Source: Mitosporidium daphniae
Lineage: Eukaryota
Assembly (NCBI RefSeq): GCF_000760515.2
Contig: NW_013546456.1
Coordinates: 1 to 43,317, forward strand
Direction of reading: 5' to 3'
DNA length: 43,317 nucleotides
How positions within the stretch are numbered: position 1 is the first letter of the stretch; each line of letters begins with the position of its first letter. Made by a program: the position numbers and the translations under genes. The notes under the pieces were generated by a model. That model was not told the DNA's origin. It did not search any database and saw only the letters and a program-made list of their open reading frames with translations. Positions 40,581 to 43,317 of this stretch are shown one piece after another.

Positions 40581-42813
40581 TTAATTTATTTCATCGTTGT
40601 TAATGGTCTCTATCAGTCTGATTAGTTTTTTTGAGAGCTCATCTTTCTGTGTCGTGGTTGCCCTTTTAATAAAGTTTGACAGCGAGTGTATGTGGTTTTC
40701 AATCTCTCCATTGATGGCAACGCCTGTGGTGCCCAACGTAACTTTGGGTAGGATTTTTGTAATCTCATTGAGATTGATAGACAGCTGTGAACTGATTTTG
40801 TGGTCCTCAATGTGGCGAGGGCCAGCGTTTTCAGCAACAATCGGATCGCATGTGTACAGTTTGAACCACTGCAAACTATCACATAGAAATTGGGAGAATC
40901 CCATGCAGCTTATATTCGAGCCGTCAGGAACGATGGATGATCGCAGGAAATACCGGCACACGGAAAGAAAGCTGTGTGATAAGGCAGATCCCATCACGGT
41001 GGACAGATCTCCCAAACGCTGCATCGCAAGCGAGGGTGGAAGCACCATGGAATTGTTTTTACAAACAAACAACAAAAACAGCGGGAATTTAGCGCCATCA
41101 AAGGGTACATTTAGAAGTGTCAACACGGCGGCCAAGTTATCTTGGAAGCAAAAGCCTGAAAATCTTGAAAGCGGAAATTCTGTTTCCAGCTTAATGCAAA
41201 TTTTTGCCGGTTGCTTGGTCAAAACAGAGACAAATAAAAGCAAAAGCGCATTGAGATATTTAAGTGTGTTTGGGTGGTCTGGGGGCATATTTGGTTCGAA
41301 TGCTCCCAGCGAAAAAATGAGGCTTTCTAAAAAGCCCCGGAAACAGTCCAATCTAGCAGAAAGCTGGGACTTTGGCAAAATAGAAGCATCAAAAAGATCC
41401 AACAAGAAACAAGTCTCAATCAGTGATTTTTTCCAGTTTGTCGAGACGGCATTTCTCACATTGTTGGTTAAAGATGAGACCACATCCTTGAGAATCAAAT
41501 ACTGTACGCTATTTGACACCGAAAATGTAAGGACCCTGTCAAAAAGCAGGTTTAAAATGGCCAGCGAAATGGATGAATCCAGACGAGGAACAACATATTG
41601 AAGCAAAGCAGAAGCCATAAGGTAACAGCATATTGTGCTCGAATCGGACGCCAATATCTTTATCGGTTGCGCCAAAAAAAGGTCAAACATCGCCGGACTG
41701 CGCATAATACATGTACAAACACAATCGCACGATTCAAAGAAGAAAGAAAATCCTAAAGTAAAAGCTAGCAGCGGTACTTGAAACGTAAATGTGCTTCATC
41801 AGCAAAATGATACCGTCCAACAAATTCGACGACTGCTGCGGGTCGCTCAGAGAAACGACCGAGCCCGCATATTCGCTTAATAAAAACTCCTTGAAAGCCA
41901 AAAGAACAATTTCATCTGTTTTTAAAAGATTGATGACCCCCGAAATGAACTTGGAAAATTTGTCGATTGACGAGATTTTGGAAAAGAACAAGTTAATGAA
42001 CTCTATAAACTGGTCAATGTTAGCATTTGCCACAGCCGCGTTTTTCAACGCGTGCGTTGCGTTCCATTGCTGCCTCAAAAACAAAATTTTCGACGAAATG
42101 AGAATACAAAACGATATCACCAGGGGGCTTCCAAGTAAGAAAGAGTGGTACTTCAAAAGCGCGCAGAAATTCATCATGAAGAATTTCAGTGTTACAATGG
42201 CAACGTTGAAATCAAACGAAGGGTCCGCATTTGGTCCATCGGCTCCAAACGAGCAAATGCTTGCAACAACGCCGCCAATTTTGCTTGATAAAAGCTCAAA
42301 CAGAAGGTCGATCTGATCGTATGGATTTGACGGATCTGGGTGGATCTTTCCAGATTCCACCAGCTGAATGAACAACACAAAAATTCTAATCGAGACCTTC
42401 CAAATGGAATTCAACAGCTGCAGCTCGGTTGCCAGCTTGACAACACATAGACAGTTCTTGAGTGCTAATAAGTAAGTAAATAAGCCACTACTGGATATGA
42501 TATCGAACTCGTTTAAATATGCACTAAGAAACCGAGCCCGGATGCCTGAATTGGATATCAGAGATGCGCAGTGATCCAAATTCTTCACAAGGCTAACATA
42601 GAAAGACTCCATGGCCGAGGTCTCAATGGGCAAATGATCATTTTGAATCTCGATGCAATTGGTTAGCAACATTGCATTAATTGAAATAAACGTACAAAGA
42701 ATCTTTGCCAAAAGCTCTTCATTGCTAGAAGGTACTTTTGAAATTGCACAAAAAAGATCCCGAGTATCTGACGCATGATTGATGAATTTAAGCTTCGACT
42801 GGCTTCGCTCCAT
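40581..42813 (-). CDS. Hypothetical alpha-helical protein (~735 aa), weakly FIRRM/C1orf112-like
   Basis: ORFs 41734-42813 and 40581-41705 join through a 25-nt GT-AG intron at 41753-41777; Leu/Phe-rich helical composition. Confidence 0.7.
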
Positions 42814-42962
42814 ATTTATCTTATCATAAAGCTAATGGTTACCATGGAAAATGCATACCAAATTCAGTCTTTCCATCACACACTCATTTGGGGACCATGA
42901 GGGTGAGGACGACACGGACATTAGGCCAGAAATATTTAAAAAATTTTAAATTTATAGAATTG

Positions 42963-43292
42963 ATGAGCCATTTTTCGCAGCCCCAAACTCAAATGCTGGA
43001 ACACGCCGAATTGAATGAAGAGAAATTGATCTATGAAAAGCTGAGAGCATCTATAATGGCCTCGAAAAACAGGAACATTGACTCCAAAAAAAAATCCAAA
43101 CGCAAAAGAGACGATTTTGACTCTGCCCTCAACAATTTAATATCAGCACGACTACAGAAAGAACTTGGAGACATTGAAGATCGACTGCGACATTCCATTT
43201 CTTCAAAACCCACCACAAAACGCTACTTTGATTTGGACGCGATCGATTATAGCGAAATCGACGATCTGGTCCATTTATTTTGTAATCCTTAG
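42963..43292 (+). CDS. Small hypothetical protein with basic NLS-like stretch
   Basis: 109-aa ORF with KKKSKRKR and a coiled-coil-like segment. Confidence 0.55.
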   Translation: MSHFSQPQTQMLEHAELNEEKLIYEKLRASIMASKNRNIDSKKKSKRKRDDFDSALNNLISARLQKELGDIEDRLRHSISSKPTTKRYFDLDAIDYSEIDDLVHLFCNP

Positions 43293-43317
43293 AGCATTTG
43301 TATCTTTTGCGTTTGGA

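Noticed and set aside
40597..41601. 334-aa antisense ORF (also 6297-6905, 41789-42316, 28256-28774 and similar)
   Set aside because: Shadow ORFs opposite better-supported genes, with no recognisable motifs.

Overview
A 43.3-kb, very gene-dense segment of a compact eukaryotic genome with fungal-type proteins. Most ORFs in the track are exons interrupted by tiny (mostly 23-36 nt) spliceosomal introns, and several intergenic gaps are only 3-100 bp. Together with a retained COQ1, this suggests (inference only) an early-branching Microsporidia/Rozellomycota-type parasite such as Mitosporidium. About 30 genes were reconstructed by hand: BRF1, ZNRD2/SSSCA1-like, RRP8, RQT4/TRIP4-like Zn finger, a Cid1-family terminal nucleotidyltransferase, LSM7, RTF1, a DHRS12-like SDR, two tandem orphan membrane paralogs, SLH1/ASCC3, a Myb protein, TAF1, TMEM42-like, an OB-fold protein, COQ1, two head-to-head ENT nucleoside transporters, a TGL3-like patatin, UBA3, RPL43 (absent from the ORF track), an RluA-family pseudouridine synthase, CUE3/ASCC2, AIR1/2 and several hypotheticals. 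The most striking observation is that apparent homologs of all three subunits of the ribosome-quality-control trigger (RQT/ASC-1) complex (Rqt4, Slh1/Rqt2, Cue3/Rqt3) lie within about 35 kb, among other RNA-surveillance genes, and two of them are reduced. Other highlights are a candidate structured ncRNA with an Sm-like site at about 25.8 kb, an unusual nucleotide-recognition residue in the Cid1-like enzyme, two likely GC-AG mini-introns, a shared GGGCTAGGGTT upstream motif, and a 20-bp minisatellite spanning the TAF1 stop. All family calls come from motif recognition by eye, not from database searches.
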